A stretch of DNA of 64,000 nt from an uncultured delta proteobacterium. Its GTDB lineage: Bacteria > Desulfobacterota > Binatia > Bin18. Numbering within the stretch: position 1 is the stretch's first letter; every line of letters begins with the position of its first letter. The translations under genes and the position numbers were made by a program. Below the pieces are notes generated by a model. It was not told the DNA's origin, ran no database searches, and saw only the letters and a program-made list of their open reading frames with translations. This document shows, one piece after another, positions 42,393 to 53,450 of the stretch. The stretch spans positions 1-64,000 of the forward strand of contig CAVTCR010000045.1 of the NCBI GenBank assembly GCA_963733195.1. Reading direction: 5' to 3'.

Positions 42393-42791
42393 TCATTCTT
42401 TAGTCCCCGCTATCTTCAACTCTTGATCCAACAACTGTCGCAACGTCGTTCTCACACGCTGATTGATGGCAGCGAACGCTTCCGGGCCAAGACGATCCTT
42501 CTCTGCATACGACCATTCAATGAGGCGACAGAGTCGTGCTTCCTGGTCCGGATCATCTGAAGAGAGGCCCTTTCCGGTGAGCAGCGAGCCGAGGTCAGCA
42601 AACACACTGTTTAGGATTTGTGTTTTCTCGTTAGGGAGGTCGCTTCGTTCCTCGACCTGACGTGAAACGAATTCAAGGATGACCGCAGCCATGTATGCCT
42701 GAGACTTTGGATAAGGGTCGGCAATTGCCGGAGCGATGACGTTACGGAGTGAGGCAACGAGTTCTTCGAGTAAACGATGAGCAGTCAGCAT
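42393..42791 (-). CDS. hypothetical protein (DUF6285-like partner of the APH kinase)
   Basis: 132 aa helical ORF directly upstream of the kinase gene. Confidence 0.6.
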   Translation of the reverse strand: MLTAHRLLEELVASLRNVIAPAIADPYPKSQAYMAAVILEFVSRQVEERSDLPNEKTQILNSVFADLGSLLTGKGLSSDDPDQEARLCRLIEWSYAEKDRLGPEAFAAINQRVRTTLRQLLDQELKIAGTKE

Positions 42792-42920
42792 GGTGAGATG
42801 TCATAGAGGAAAGGCGGAGAGTTTGTCAAACGCTTGCGTGTACTTTTCTCCCTTTGACAGGAGAAACCTGAGCGCGATATAAGTCAGCGCGTCTTCTGTG
42901 AAAGAGACAGGAGGGGAATC

Positions 42921-44084
42921 ATGAGTATCAAAGGAAAAGCGGCAATTACGGGGATCGCTGAATTACGTCCGCAGAGAGATGCTGAGGGGCGGTCGCCTCT
43001 CGGCATGGTGGCGCAAGTGGCAAGGGAAGCCATTGCCGATGCTGGACTGGAGAAGAAAGACATCGATGGGCTGCTGACAGGTTGGGCCATCGGTGAGTAC
43101 AGTGTCTTGTGGCCGTCGATCATTGCTGAGTACCTGCGTCTTCAACCAAAGTATTTTAACCAAGTCGAGCTCGGTGGAGCCTCCGCCGCTGGAATGGCGT
43201 GGCGGGCCGCGGCAGCGATTGAGGCGGGCATGTGTTCGACGGTGCTGTGTGTTGTAGCGGATACGCGCGGTGTGACGACTCCCGGTCGCAAGCTCCCTCC
43301 ATTTCCGCCCATTGATGCAGAATTCGATGCTCCGTATGGTCTTATCGCTGCCAATCCTGGCTATGCACTCATTGCTCAACGGCACATGGCGGAGTTCGGT
43401 ACAACTCCACAACAGATGGCTAAGGTCGCTGTGGACCAGCGTAAGAATGCCTGTAAGAATCCGACCGCGATGTTCGGCAGTAAAGAGATTACGGTTGATG
43501 ATGTGTTGAATTCGCGGATGATTGTCGATCCCTTGCATTTATTGGAGATCGTGAGCCCCTGCTCAGGTGGCGCTGCGTTTATCGTGACAAGTGCGGACCG
43601 AGCCAAACGTGGGCCGCAGCGACCAGTCTATCTACTTGGTGCAGGTGAAGCAGGTGGCCATTGCAGCATTACCAATGCCAAAAGCTTGACGACGTCACTC
43701 GTGAAACCCGCAGCCGAGTCTGCGTTCAAGATGGCGGGGATGACTCCCAAGGATATGCACTTTGTCCAGCCCTACGATTGCTACACAATTACCGTGATCG
43801 TGACGCTGGAAGATGCCGGATTCTGTAAAAAAGGGGAGGGCGGACGTTTCGTCGAGGAGCACGATCTCTCCTATAAAGGTGACTTCCCCTGCAACACGCA
43901 CGGCGGGCAACTGTCGTTCGGTCAGCCTGGACTCGCTGGAGGGATGAGCCACGTCATCGAAGGAGTGCGTCAGCTCATGGGTCGTGGTGGTGAACGCCAA
44001 GTGAAGAATGCCACCATCGGCTACGTCAACGGCAATGGCGGTATAATGAGTGAACAGTGCAGTTTGGTGTTGGGAGTACAATAA
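42921..44084 (+). CDS. thiolase family protein (SCP-x / lipid-transfer type)
   Basis: AAITGIAE, PYDCYTIT, CNTHGGQLS; adjacent DUF35 gene. Confidence 0.92.
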   Translation: MSIKGKAAITGIAELRPQRDAEGRSPLGMVAQVAREAIADAGLEKKDIDGLLTGWAIGEYSVLWPSIIAEYLRLQPKYFNQVELGGASAAGMAWRAAAAIEAGMCSTVLCVVADTRGVTTPGRKLPPFPPIDAEFDAPYGLIAANPGYALIAQRHMAEFGTTPQQMAKVAVDQRKNACKNPTAMFGSKEITVDDVLNSRMIVDPLHLLEIVSPCSGGAAFIVTSADRAKRGPQRPVYLLGAGEAGGHCSITNAKSLTTSLVKPAAESAFKMAGMTPKDMHFVQPYDCYTITVIVTLEDAGFCKKGEGGRFVEEHDLSYKGDFPCNTHGGQLSFGQPGLAGGMSHVIEGVRQLMGRGGERQVKNATIGYVNGNGGIMSEQCSLVLGVQ

Positions 44085-44192
44085 AGGTCACGGGAGCCAG
44101 GGGCCGGGGGTTGGGAGGCAGATTCTATTTACCACAGCTTTATACCGCCCTCTGATCCCTGGCCCCTGATCCCTGAGAAATGGAGTGATCTT

Positions 44193-44600
44193 ATGACGCA
44201 ATATAAGAAACCGCTGCCGCAGCCGACCCCGGTCTCGAAACCGTTTTGGGATGCGGCGAAACGGCATGAATTACAACTTCAACATTGTAACAAATGTAGC
44301 ACTCACGTGTTTTATCCAAGGGAAGTCTGTCCAGAGTGCTTAGCCCCGGATCTGACGTGGGTGAAAGTATCTGGTAAAGGAACGCTCTATTCATATACGA
44401 TCGCGCAAGCTCCAACGCACCATACTTTTACAGAGGATGTTCCATACGTCATTGCGATCGTTGAGCTTGCAGAAGGTCCGCACGTGACGACGAATATCAC
44501 TGGATGTGCACCTGACAAAGTGAAAGTCGGCATGCCTGTCGTCGCCGCGTTTGATGATGTAACTCCAGAGATCACATTGGTGAAATTTCGACCAGCGTAA
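44193..44600 (+). CDS. DUF35 Zn-ribbon/OB-fold protein
   Basis: PFWDAA, CNKC..YPREVCPEC, GTLYSYT, VELAEGP. Confidence 0.92.
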   Translation: MTQYKKPLPQPTPVSKPFWDAAKRHELQLQHCNKCSTHVFYPREVCPECLAPDLTWVKVSGKGTLYSYTIAQAPTHHTFTEDVPYVIAIVELAEGPHVTTNITGCAPDKVKVGMPVVAAFDDVTPEITLVKFRPA

Positions 44601-44805
44601 GCTGGAGCTGAATCGGAGAGCGGTTTCTTGAAGTCGCTGTTTCCCCGGCTCTCCGCGCAAGATTCTGCCGACTGTGGAATTAGAGGAGGTCCTAGAGGGA
44701 TTAGAGTAAAAGGACCAACCCTCACTTGTACTGACGAATGCGTAGAGAGATAATGTCCCGTACTTTCCATGTATTGCTGGTAAGAGTGAGTAAGGAGGCA
44801 TGTAA

Positions 44806-45570
44806 ATGAAAACCTACAAGCAGTCTTATTGGTTGCTCGTGGCCGCCTTACTCTGTATTGGCGTGCTGCCACTTGCTGCGCAGGGCGCTCAACCCGCTGT
44901 TGCCCCTCCAGTAGAAGAAAGTGAAGAAGTCCCGCCAGGCCAGCGGATCGGAGCCCCTCAGGTCCTTGAGATTGCGCCTCAGCCCGAGGAACCCAGATTA
45001 GAGATGCAAGCTCAACCGCAGGAGACTTCTCCTCCTGCGGCTCCCCCTAGGACTGTAGAACGTACAGAACCATCAGCGATTGAACAACCTGCACGAACGG
45101 CAGACCGTTTACCACAGCAAGGGGAGAATCTTCCCTCTGGAGAGCCCGCTCAAAGAGTTGCTGGGCAACGGAACTACCTTGGAGTGCTCTATGCGACTGC
45201 AGAGGAAGGTCCAGTCGGAGTCAAGGTGCTCGACGTAGTGCCAGGGAGTCCTGCCGAGCGTGCGGGATTTTCTGGTGCCAATCGTCCATCCGAAGGGCAA
45301 AGCAATCTACTTAAAGCAGCCATTGTCGTGCTAGCCATGTCACCCGCAGGGCCTTTCGCGATCCCCCTTGCGATTGCACACGACATGTATATGACCCGTC
45401 ACACCCCAGGAGATGTAATCGTAGCAATCAATAACCAGCCGGTGCATAGTGCTCAGGAGTTTAGCGAAGTTATGCGTCGCTATCAGCCTCGGGAAACGGT
45501 AACGTTTTCAATTCTTCGAAGTGGAAAACCAAGGCAGATTTCCGTGCAGCTGGAAGAAGAACCGGGATAA
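44806..45570 (+). CDS. secreted PDZ-domain protein
   Basis: Signal peptide, Pro/Glu/Gln linker, YLGV..VVPGSPAERAG..GDVIVAINN. Confidence 0.8.
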   Translation: MKTYKQSYWLLVAALLCIGVLPLAAQGAQPAVAPPVEESEEVPPGQRIGAPQVLEIAPQPEEPRLEMQAQPQETSPPAAPPRTVERTEPSAIEQPARTADRLPQQGENLPSGEPAQRVAGQRNYLGVLYATAEEGPVGVKVLDVVPGSPAERAGFSGANRPSEGQSNLLKAAIVVLAMSPAGPFAIPLAIAHDMYMTRHTPGDVIVAINNQPVHSAQEFSEVMRRYQPRETVTFSILRSGKPRQISVQLEEEPG

Positions 45571-45635
45571 GAAGAGTGAAGAGTGAAGAATGAAGAGTGA
45601 AAAATGACAAAGAAAGTTTTCCTAACTCTTAACTC

Positions 45636-46526
45636 TTAACTCTTAATTCTTAACTCTTCGTTGCTACTGCCGGCCTGTGCCTTGAATGCCTTCACCGTGT
45701 TCTGCATCAGCATCGACACCGTCACTGGTCCCACCCCCCCTGGGACAGGGGTAATAAAAGCCGCGCGCTTTTCTGCTGGCGCAAATTCAACGTCCCCAAC
45801 AATTCGTGATCCGACCTGATTGATCCCGACATCAATCACTACTGCGTCCGGGCGAATCCATTCTCCCCTGATGATCTCAGGTGATCCGACTGCGACGACG
45901 AGGATCTCAGCCCGTCGTACATGATCGGCAAGGAACCCGCGTTTTGCGGTAGCGATATGACTAATGGTGACCGTTGCCATACGGTCGAGTAACATCAGAC
46001 TCAAAGGTTTGCCGACAAGTTCACTATGACCCACAATGACGGCTTCTTTGCCTTCGAATGTGGTCTTGGTAGCTTCCAAGAGCCGTATCACGGCAAGGGC
46101 GGTACAAGACCCGACCCGCATCTCCCCAATCAAAGCTGCTCCAACATTCTCAGGATGGGTTCCATCGACATCCTTCAAAGGATCAATGGCATTCACCAGG
46201 GCTGACCGGCGGAGATGGGACGGAAGAGGTAATTGGAGAATGATTCCGGAGACCTCAGGGTCGCGGTTGAGCTGATCAAGGCGGCGGAGCACCTCCCGTT
46301 CCTCCACGGTGTCTGGGAGATGATACCAGCGGTACTCAATTCCCAGCATCCGGGCGATACGGTTTTGTGAACGGATATAGACCTCAATAGCTGGGTGGGA
46401 ACCTACATAAACACTTACGAGAACCGGTCGTCGTCCCGTTTGGGAAATGAGCTGGGGAATCTCTTGCTTGAGTTCCTCGTATACCCTATCGGCGATCACT
46501 TTGCCTTTGACAACCTGGGCACTCAT
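45636..46526 (-). CDS. folD: bifunctional methylene-THF dehydrogenase/cyclohydrolase FolD
   Basis: GIILQLPLP, KDVDG, GHSELVGKP, VIDVGIN, ITPVPGGVGPVT. Confidence 0.95.
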   Translation of the reverse strand: MSAQVVKGKVIADRVYEELKQEIPQLISQTGRRPVLVSVYVGSHPAIEVYIRSQNRIARMLGIEYRWYHLPDTVEEREVLRRLDQLNRDPEVSGIILQLPLPSHLRRSALVNAIDPLKDVDGTHPENVGAALIGEMRVGSCTALAVIRLLEATKTTFEGKEAVIVGHSELVGKPLSLMLLDRMATVTISHIATAKRGFLADHVRRAEILVVAVGSPEIIRGEWIRPDAVVIDVGINQVGSRIVGDVEFAPAEKRAAFITPVPGGVGPVTVSMLMQNTVKAFKAQAGSSNEELRIKS

Positions 46527-46715
46527 TAAACTTACCCTACCATTCAGCCGAATATGAAAACAAGGAGCATGACGAAACAGAAACGGACACAAAGGGTTAC
46601 CTGTCTCTCCGTCGAATGTCAGATGTGACTGTCAGAAATGACAAAGAATTGACACTTCTGTCGTCTTTGTTTGTCACTAGAAGAGGCGAATAGGGCTAGA
46701 AGCAGGAAAATTAAT

Positions 46716-46730
46716 TGGCGCAAGAATTGC
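46716..46730 (+). promoter_or_regulatory. sigma54 -24/-12 promoter
   Basis: TGGCGC-AAGAA-TTGC (GG-N10-GC); upstream palindrome TGTCA-GAAA-TGACA at 46630-46643. Confidence 0.7.
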
Positions 46731-46771
46731 GTAGTACCGCAAGCGAAGGGGAAAAAGAGTAAGGAGCCCAT

Positions 46772-47128
46772 ATGGAACTACATGATGAGTCGCAAGATCT
46801 TATTACACTGGCTGATCTTATTCCGATCCAACTGAGCGATCCGATTGCTGTCCGGTTGCGGATGAGTGGGGAATTTCGCTTGCTGTGGGCAGTGCTCGAA
46901 GATGCGATCGAGTGCTACCTGCGCTATGTTGACCATCCTTCTACCGCGATGCGAGAGCTATTCCAGGAGGCGAAAGACTGGATTGAAGCGAAAGAAGGGG
47001 AAGACCTCTGCAGTTTTACAGGGATTTGTGGTGCATTTCAGATTGAACCCGACTACCTCCGACGTGGTCTTCGGCGTCGGCTGCAAGAAGTCCGCGAGCA
47101 ACATGTCCCGCTCAAGCGTGCTGCGTAA
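46772..47128 (+). CDS. conserved hypothetical protein
   Basis: AAGGAG RBS; LLWAVLEDAIECY..AKDWI..SFTGIC..PDYLRRGL. Confidence 0.75.
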   Translation: MELHDESQDLITLADLIPIQLSDPIAVRLRMSGEFRLLWAVLEDAIECYLRYVDHPSTAMRELFQEAKDWIEAKEGEDLCSFTGICGAFQIEPDYLRRGLRRRLQEVREQHVPLKRAA

Positions 47129-47143
47129 CCAAAGCGTGGACAG

Positions 47144-47314
47144 ATGAAGACATTTTTTGAATATTTCCTTGATGAAGTCCTACGTAAACAAGAAGCCGGA
47201 GAGATCGAGGAAGCAACGGCTCAGCGGTGGATAACTGATATCAAGAACCAACTTCAGGAGTACGCTCAGTCCGTTCCTGGCGCTCCAATTGTCCAGATGC
47301 CTATTCTTCATTAA
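47144..47314 (+). CDS. small hypothetical protein (56 aa, below ORF-track cutoff)
   Basis: [45 protein letters not shown]; 15 nt after previous stop. Confidence 0.5.
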   Translation: MKTFFEYFLDEVLRKQEAGEIEEATAQRWITDIKNQLQEYAQSVPGAPIVQMPILH

Positions 47315-47594
47315 CGGATCTCGAGAGAGTGTTCCTGATTGGAAAGGTAGGCGGAACAGTCCGACTTCGATACCTCAACTACCACTGGGTTTCCCTTCCT
47401 CACTTCTACCGGCATTTTTCTGTCTCTTGTCTGACTCCGACCCTAGAATAATCCTGGTACACTGTTCCGCACCTTTCCTAACGCACTTTTGGTGCTTGTC
47501 ACCATTGTCGTTCCATGGCTGGCTTACGCGGTTGAAGCCAACCTCGCCCTCATATACTGTCAAGCGTGAGTCTCTTATGGAGGAGTCAACACGC

Positions 47595-48719
47595 ATGGAA
47601 CGAATGCCCACACGAGCGGTGCGGATTGGCAAGGTGCAAGTGGGAGGTGGTGCGCCCATCGTTGTCCAGAGCATGTGTGCCACCAAGACCTCTGCAATTG
47701 ATGCCACTGTGGCGCAAGTACACCAGCTTGAGAAAGCCAAGGCTGGGATTGTCCGTATTGCCGTCGATAACCCAAAGGAAGCGGCGGCATTGAAAGAGAT
47801 CCGTGCGCAAACCACGGCGACGCTTTCTATCGATTTGCAAGAAAATTACAAAATGGCGGAATTAGTCGCACCCTACGTGGACAAGATCCGCTACAATCCT
47901 GGACACTTGCATCATATCGAGAAGGGGAAGACGATCCCACAAAAAGTGTCCTGGTTGGTTGATGTTGCCCGTGCGCATGATATCGCCGTTCGCATTGGCG
48001 TGAACTGCGGCTCAGTGGCTCCAGCATTCCTGGAAAAGTATCCTGGTGATCAGATGGAAGCGTTGATCCAATCAACCCTCTATCACTGCCAGTTAATGGA
48101 AGATTTAGGGTTCGACCGCTTTGTCGTCTCGATGAAGGACTCTGACCCGACCAAAGTGGTCGAAGCCAACTCCCGCTTTGCCAAGGCACGTCCTGACATT
48201 CCTATTCATCTTGGGGTGACAGAGGCCGGCTTACCTCCCGACGGAATCATGAAGAGCCGGATCGCGTTTGAGAAACTGTTGGCCGGTGGAATTGGAGATA
48301 CGCTACGGGTTTCGTTGACGCTCCCGAATGACCGCAAACACGAAGAGGTCACTGCTGGATTACAGATTATCGACGATGTGAAGCAGGGACGGTTCGTTTC
48401 GGTACCTGATTTCGGCAAAGGCATGAACATTATTTCGTGTCCAAGCTGTTCGCGAGTTGAAAACGAGAAGTTTGTCGAGCTTGCGCAGCAGGTCAAAGCC
48501 ATGACTGCATATGCAAAGGACCATCACATTACCATTGCTGTCATGGGGTGCCGTGTGAATGGGCCTGGAGAGACCGATGATGCCGATCTGGGTCTCTGGT
48601 GTGGGCCGACGACAGTTAATCTCAAGAAGAAAAGTGTCAAGTTGGGGAATTTTGGCTACGATGTCGTCTTAACTCGCTTGAAGGTTGAACTCGATAAACT
48701 CATTACTGAGCAAGCGTAA
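47595..48719 (+). CDS. ispG: 4-hydroxy-3-methylbut-2-en-1-yl diphosphate synthase IspG
   Basis: [50 protein letters not shown]; AGGAG RBS at 47581. Confidence 0.95.
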   Translation: MERMPTRAVRIGKVQVGGGAPIVVQSMCATKTSAIDATVAQVHQLEKAKAGIVRIAVDNPKEAAALKEIRAQTTATLSIDLQENYKMAELVAPYVDKIRYNPGHLHHIEKGKTIPQKVSWLVDVARAHDIAVRIGVNCGSVAPAFLEKYPGDQMEALIQSTLYHCQLMEDLGFDRFVVSMKDSDPTKVVEANSRFAKARPDIPIHLGVTEAGLPPDGIMKSRIAFEKLLAGGIGDTLRVSLTLPNDRKHEEVTAGLQIIDDVKQGRFVSVPDFGKGMNIISCPSCSRVENEKFVELAQQVKAMTAYAKDHHITIAVMGCRVNGPGETDDADLGLWCGPTTVNLKKKSVKLGNFGYDVVLTRLKVELDKLITEQA

Positions 48720-48782
48720 GCCTCCGTAGGGGTGGTCCACAAACTGCCCCTGCACTATCTTCCCGAAGATATTCCCCCTGAC

Positions 48783-49718
48783 ATGACCAAACGCCGCCAG
48801 AACAAAACGACCTCTCTGGCCAGTGCGATCCGTGAGTTGGTGCGTGACGGGGATCGCTTAGCCATAGGGCTCTGTCTTGAGTCACTTATTCCCTTCGCTG
48901 CTGGTCATGAACTGGTCCGCCAGAACAAGAAGTCTCTCTCTCTAATTGGTCCTATCTCCGATATTCTTTTTGATGAACTGATCGGTGCCGGGTGTGTGAA
49001 GGAAATTATTGCTGCTTGGGTTGGCAATGTCGGCGCAGGCATGGGCTATAACTTCCGCCGCGCGGTAGAGAAGGGAATGCCCCAGCCGCTGCTATTGCAA
49101 GAACACTCAAACTTCACAATCACTCTCGCTCTGAAAGCCGCAGCACTGGGAGTGCCTTTTCTCCCAACGAGAACCGGAGCAGGTGGGGACATCATCAAGA
49201 ACGAGGACGCGTTTCGTTCAGTGAAATGTCCGTTTACTGAAGAGTCGCTGACCGCGGTGAAAGCGGTGGTGCCTGATGTCACGATTCTCCACGTGCAGCG
49301 TGCGGATGCCTTTGGTAACGCGCATATATGGGGAAATCTTGGGATTGCTGTCGAAGCCGCATACGCTGCCGAACGAGTGATTCTCACTTGCGAAGAACTT
49401 GTCGATCGAGAGGTCATTGCTGCCGACCCCAATCGTACGTTGATTCCAGGTCTTCTGGTTGACGCGGTTGTACACGAACCGCTTGGAGCGCATCCATCGC
49501 CGGTGCAAGGATTCTGGAAGCGCGATGACGCCTACTTCCTCCGCTATCATGAGCGTTCACGAGCACGTGAGGATTTTCTCACATGGCTTAAAGAGTGGGT
49601 GACTGATCTTCCCGATCGAGAGGCCTACCGCGCCAAATTGGGAGAGCCTCAAATGCAAGCGTTACGAATTACGGAAAAGCGCTTGCCGATTGGTGAGGTG
49701 AATTATGGATTTTCATAA
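48783..49718 (+). CDS. CoA-transferase subunit A (GctA/CatI-like)
   Basis: PFAAGHELVRQ, AAALGVPFLP, HVQRADAFGNA, AHPSP. Confidence 0.88.
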   Translation: MTKRRQNKTTSLASAIRELVRDGDRLAIGLCLESLIPFAAGHELVRQNKKSLSLIGPISDILFDELIGAGCVKEIIAAWVGNVGAGMGYNFRRAVEKGMPQPLLLQEHSNFTITLALKAAALGVPFLPTRTGAGGDIIKNEDAFRSVKCPFTEESLTAVKAVVPDVTILHVQRADAFGNAHIWGNLGIAVEAAYAAERVILTCEELVDREVIAADPNRTLIPGLLVDAVVHEPLGAHPSPVQGFWKRDDAYFLRYHERSRAREDFLTWLKEWVTDLPDREAYRAKLGEPQMQALRITEKRLPIGEVNYGFS

Positions 49719-49777
49719 TCTCTGTTTCTACCTCTGTCTGCTGACGTGTTACGTATTACGTGTTACGTGCGGATCTA

Positions 49778-50513
49778 ATGTCTGATCCTTTCACTACTCG
49801 CGAGATTATGATTGCCGCTGCTGCCCGTGAGATCCACGACAGCGAAGTGGTCTTCGTGGGCATGCGCCTTCCGCTTGTCGCATTTGCTGTTGCCAAAGAA
49901 CTGCACGCCCCTACGGCGATTGGGATTTTTGAGAACGGAGTGATTCGCGATCGTCGTCCTCTCAGCCCGATTGTAACCATGGGGGACTCCTCCGAACATT
50001 GCCGCAGCTATTGCTTGTAACGGACTCATTGATGTCATGGCGCTGTTACAACGTGGTCGTATCGACCTTGGCTTTATTGGTGGTGCAGAAATTGATCGCT
50101 TCGGGAACTTGAACACCAACTGGACGCCGGAGATTCGCTTACCTGGCAGTGGTGGAGCGGCAGATATTGCCTCGTTCGCTCGCCGTACTGTCATCATCAT
50201 GACTCACGAGCCGCGACGGTTTCGTGAACGCGTGCAGTATTTGACCTCTGCTGGGCATGGCACAGGCAAAGGCTGGCGGCAAGCTGTCGGTTTGTCCGGC
50301 GGTGGACCAAGTAAAGTAGTGACCTCACTCGGTGTGTTCGGTTTTGATGAATCCGGCGAAATGGTACTCGCATCGTTGCATCCGGGAATCACCACCGAAG
50401 AAGTACAAGCAAATACTGGCTGGCCTTTACGCTCCGCTCTGACAGTGACAGAAACGCAAGCCCCAACGCCAGAAGAACTGACCCTTATTCGGCGGTTTGA
50501 TACGTTGGGGTAA
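49778..50513 (+). CDS. CoA-transferase subunit B (frameshift near 49985)
   Basis: IFENG active-site Glu, GGAEIDRFGNLN, RLPGSGGAADIA, TGWPL. Confidence 0.88.
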
Positions 50514-50538
50514 CGGACTGCCAAAAGGATAACGCTCG

Positions 50539-50736
50539 ATGATTTCTCCCTGGGAACTATCTCATGCAGGCAGGAAGGCCTTCGTGATTTCCGACCGGCC
50601 GTTGCTAAATCAGTTGAACGAGCGCATGGCAGACCTCCGCACTCGTGCTCAAGAGGCGACGACATCAGCGAGCCGAGCTGAACTGTTACGCCTGGCTGAG
50701 CGCCTAGCAGAACGGAAAGCGCAAATCATACAATGA
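50539..50736 (+). CDS. small hypothetical protein
   Basis: 65 aa helical ORF following the CoA-transferase genes. Confidence 0.35.
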   Translation: MISPWELSHAGRKAFVISDRPLLNQLNERMADLRTRAQEATTSASRAELLRLAERLAERKAQIIQ

Positions 50737-50860
50737 AGACAGGAAGTGCGATAAGTAGAGAGTCTGAAAGGAGAAGTGAAAAGTCGTTTCCCTACTCTGA
50801 GGTCTCGCTCTACGGAGAAGCCTCGGTGAACATTCCTCAAAGGAAAACGTGCGACAATAC

Positions 50861-52693
50861 CTACTTCTCTGCCTGTGAGGTGGGCAGCAGTGGGAGCACG
50901 AGGAACGATGGCCGTTCCTCACTATGATGCACTACATTAGTCGCGATACGGATGTCCGCCGCGGTGTCGTTCGCCAGCACGGCGTTGCCGCTGTTCGTGT
51001 TGCGGGCCCGGCGGGGAAAGTTGCTACTCGTAATATCCACTTGCAGGCGACTGCCGGCCGGACAGGTATGATGGATATCGCCCAGATGAATCTTTACCTG
51101 ATAGACCTGATCAGGCGCTAAGTGCTGCGGCCCAGCCGCCGCGTTCCGATACATCGCGCGCACTACCCCGTCCATCAGCAGCATAGCGCTCCCATCCGGT
51201 TGCAGCTCGATGAACTTCGCGACAAAATCGGTATCCCGGCAATTCGATTGTATGTGGAGCGTGACGTACACCGCTCCCGCTATGGTGAGATCCTCGTCGA
51301 GAACTTCGCCCCGATACTGTAACCCATAGTTCGGTAATGCTTGCACTGGGCGTTGATCACGCGGCCCGCTGTCGATCAACATATTGCGACCGCCGAGCGT
51401 TGGAATAGGATGATTGGGATCGTAGAGGTAACTTCTCGCGTCGCCGCTTGGGCCGTCCGCGCTGAGGCGGCCATCACCAGTCAGATACAGCCGCTGCTGG
51501 ACGGTTCCTGGCGGTGGCCAGTGCTCCGCGTGGCGCCAGTCAGTGGCAACGTAGTTTTTGTGATCCGCCACCCACGAGCGGGGCGAATAGAAGACCGCTG
51601 GCTCCTCCATAATCCTGGTAGGCTCACTTTTGAGCCAGTGGTCAAACCACTCAAAGTACGGATCGCGTGGCCAGAAATTGCGTTCATAGACAAAATAGTG
51701 GGCGTTGGGTCCAATCCACAGCCGCTGGTTACCGACACGGGTTTGGATGTCGGTAAAGGCCGCTAATACGCTCGTCAGGAAAATATCGAACCAAGTCGTG
51801 ACGTGAAAGCCGGGCACGTTGATCGTCGCGCGAAAGTTATGCCGGGCCCGAAACGCATCTGGGGCGGGATGACTGATGATTTCATCCAGGTAGGGCTGCC
51901 ACACCGAGAAGTCTGGATACCCAGTCAACGGCAAGCGCATCCAGTCGGCTGAATCAATAAACGGCGGGTTTGCCTGCCGTGCGGCATCGAGAGCCAGATA
52001 ACGCGCATTGGCCGACTTAGCGATGTCAGTAAGCTGTTCAGCAGTCAGATTGTACTTCCGCATCACCGCCTCGCGATGGGAAGGCGAAAGCCCTGGAATG
52101 TTCCTGGCCACCCACAGCCATAACCGCTCCATCTCGATTGATTGGCCCTCGTAGACTACATCATCATAGATACTCGATCCGCCGACTTGAGCGAAAAACG
52201 CACGCACACTGGGATGACACTGTGAGGCGGCAGCCAACGCCGTCGTCGCCCCGGCGGACGAGCCAGAGAGCCCCACATGATGGTTCGTCCACGGTTCACT
52301 TGCGATCCATGCGAGCGTGTCGTATCCGTCTGCCGCATCGTCACCATAGACACGGTCTTCTCCTTCCGAGCCGTAGCGTCCTCGCGTATCCTGGTAAACT
52401 GCGGCGTAGCCTCGACGTACGATCTCGCGCCAACCACGTAAGATCGAACCACGCAGGGGATCTTGCGGATTCGGCAACCAGCCTTTGGTCGGGTCGGTCA
52501 CGTTCTTGCCTTCAGGTGAAGTAATGCCGTAGGGCGTACGGTGCAGAATCACCGGATAACGCGGCCCATCACTTTCGGGAAGAAACACGAACGTATTCAG
52601 CCGCACTCCATCTCGCATCGGCACCATCGCCTGAAAGCAGCGCGCGCCGTCAATCCCGTGTAACATACCTGATTCCTTCACTTGTGGTGACAT
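50861..52693 (-). CDS. CocE/NonD family hydrolase
   Basis: VPMRDGVRL, RTPYG, QDTRGRYGSEG, GSSAG, DITSSNFPR. Confidence 0.92.
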   Translation of the reverse strand: MSPQVKESGMLHGIDGARCFQAMVPMRDGVRLNTFVFLPESDGPRYPVILHRTPYGITSPEGKNVTDPTKGWLPNPQDPLRGSILRGWREIVRRGYAAVYQDTRGRYGSEGEDRVYGDDAADGYDTLAWIASEPWTNHHVGLSGSSAGATTALAAASQCHPSVRAFFAQVGGSSIYDDVVYEGQSIEMERLWLWVARNIPGLSPSHREAVMRKYNLTAEQLTDIAKSANARYLALDAARQANPPFIDSADWMRLPLTGYPDFSVWQPYLDEIISHPAPDAFRARHNFRATINVPGFHVTTWFDIFLTSVLAAFTDIQTRVGNQRLWIGPNAHYFVYERNFWPRDPYFEWFDHWLKSEPTRIMEEPAVFYSPRSWVADHKNYVATDWRHAEHWPPPGTVQQRLYLTGDGRLSADGPSGDARSYLYDPNHPIPTLGGRNMLIDSGPRDQRPVQALPNYGLQYRGEVLDEDLTIAGAVYVTLHIQSNCRDTDFVAKFIELQPDGSAMLLMDGVVRAMYRNAAAGPQHLAPDQVYQVKIHLGDIHHTCPAGSRLQVDITSSNFPRRARNTNSGNAVLANDTAADIRIATNVVHHSEERPSFLVLPLLPTSQAEK

Positions 52694-52694
52694 T

Positions 52695-53450
52695 CTATTT
52701 AACCAGTGCTCTGACCTCAGCCGGGCTCGGGCCTCCGGGTCGTATGAGGACCACGGCGTCATCAAACCCGGCGTCGGCAAAGCGTTGAAGAATGTCTTTG
52801 GTCCGTCCCAAGTCGTGATCGGCAGTCAACTGAATGGTGGACACGATTGCGCGTTTCCCTCCTGCGGCACGAAAGCGACCGAGTAATTCGATGACTTGAT
52901 CGGCAGTGCGATAATGGGCAGACGCCACCCAGCCATCAAAATCCTTTGCTGCTCGCTCTACACCGGCTCCCCACGTTCCGAAGATAAGCGGTGGGCCTCC
53001 AACGACGGTCTTCCAGGGGGTCAGATTTGCACGTTCATCTTTTCCGTCAGCCAACAGGGTTTTCAGGCGAGCAAGTGTAGTGTTGAACGTCTTGAATCGC
53101 TTAGCATAGTCACGCTCAAAGGCGATAAAATCAGTTTCTGTCGATCCGGCGCCAACACCGAGTGTCAGACGGTTGCCACAAATTTGCATTAACGAGAAAA
53201 TACGATGCGCCAGGTCGGTCGGTTGATACAAAGAAATCTGCACGACCGCCGTCCCGAGTTCTATGTCTTTGGTTGCTGTCGCCACAACTGCCAACGCCAC
53301 AAATGGGTCTGGAATGATGAACCCTCTGCCAATTGCTTGAGGCAGCCACAGACTGTCGAAGCCCTCGCCAGCATAGCGCTTGGCTTGCTCAGCTAGGTCC
53401 GTGGGTTGGGACTGTGGCGGTAAGAAGCCAATAAGTGCACCGAGTCTCAT
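52695..53450 (-). CDS. LLM class flavin/F420-dependent oxidoreductase
   Basis: GFDSLW, DPFVALAVVATAT..IELGTAV, RLTLGVGAG. Confidence 0.88.
   Translation of the reverse strand: MRLGALIGFLPPQSQPTDLAEQAKRYAGEGFDSLWLPQAIGRGFIIPDPFVALAVVATATKDIELGTAVVQISLYQPTDLAHRIFSLMQICGNRLTLGVGAGSTETDFIAFERDYAKRFKTFNTTLARLKTLLADGKDERANLTPWKTVVGGPPLIFGTWGAGVERAAKDFDGWVASAHYRTADQVIELLGRFRAAGGKRAIVSTIQLTADHDLGRTKDILQRFADAGFDDAVVLIRPGGPSPAEVRALVK

Noticed and set aside
46527-46700. ZTP or THF riboswitch upstream of folD
   Set aside because: No recognisable conserved aptamer sequence
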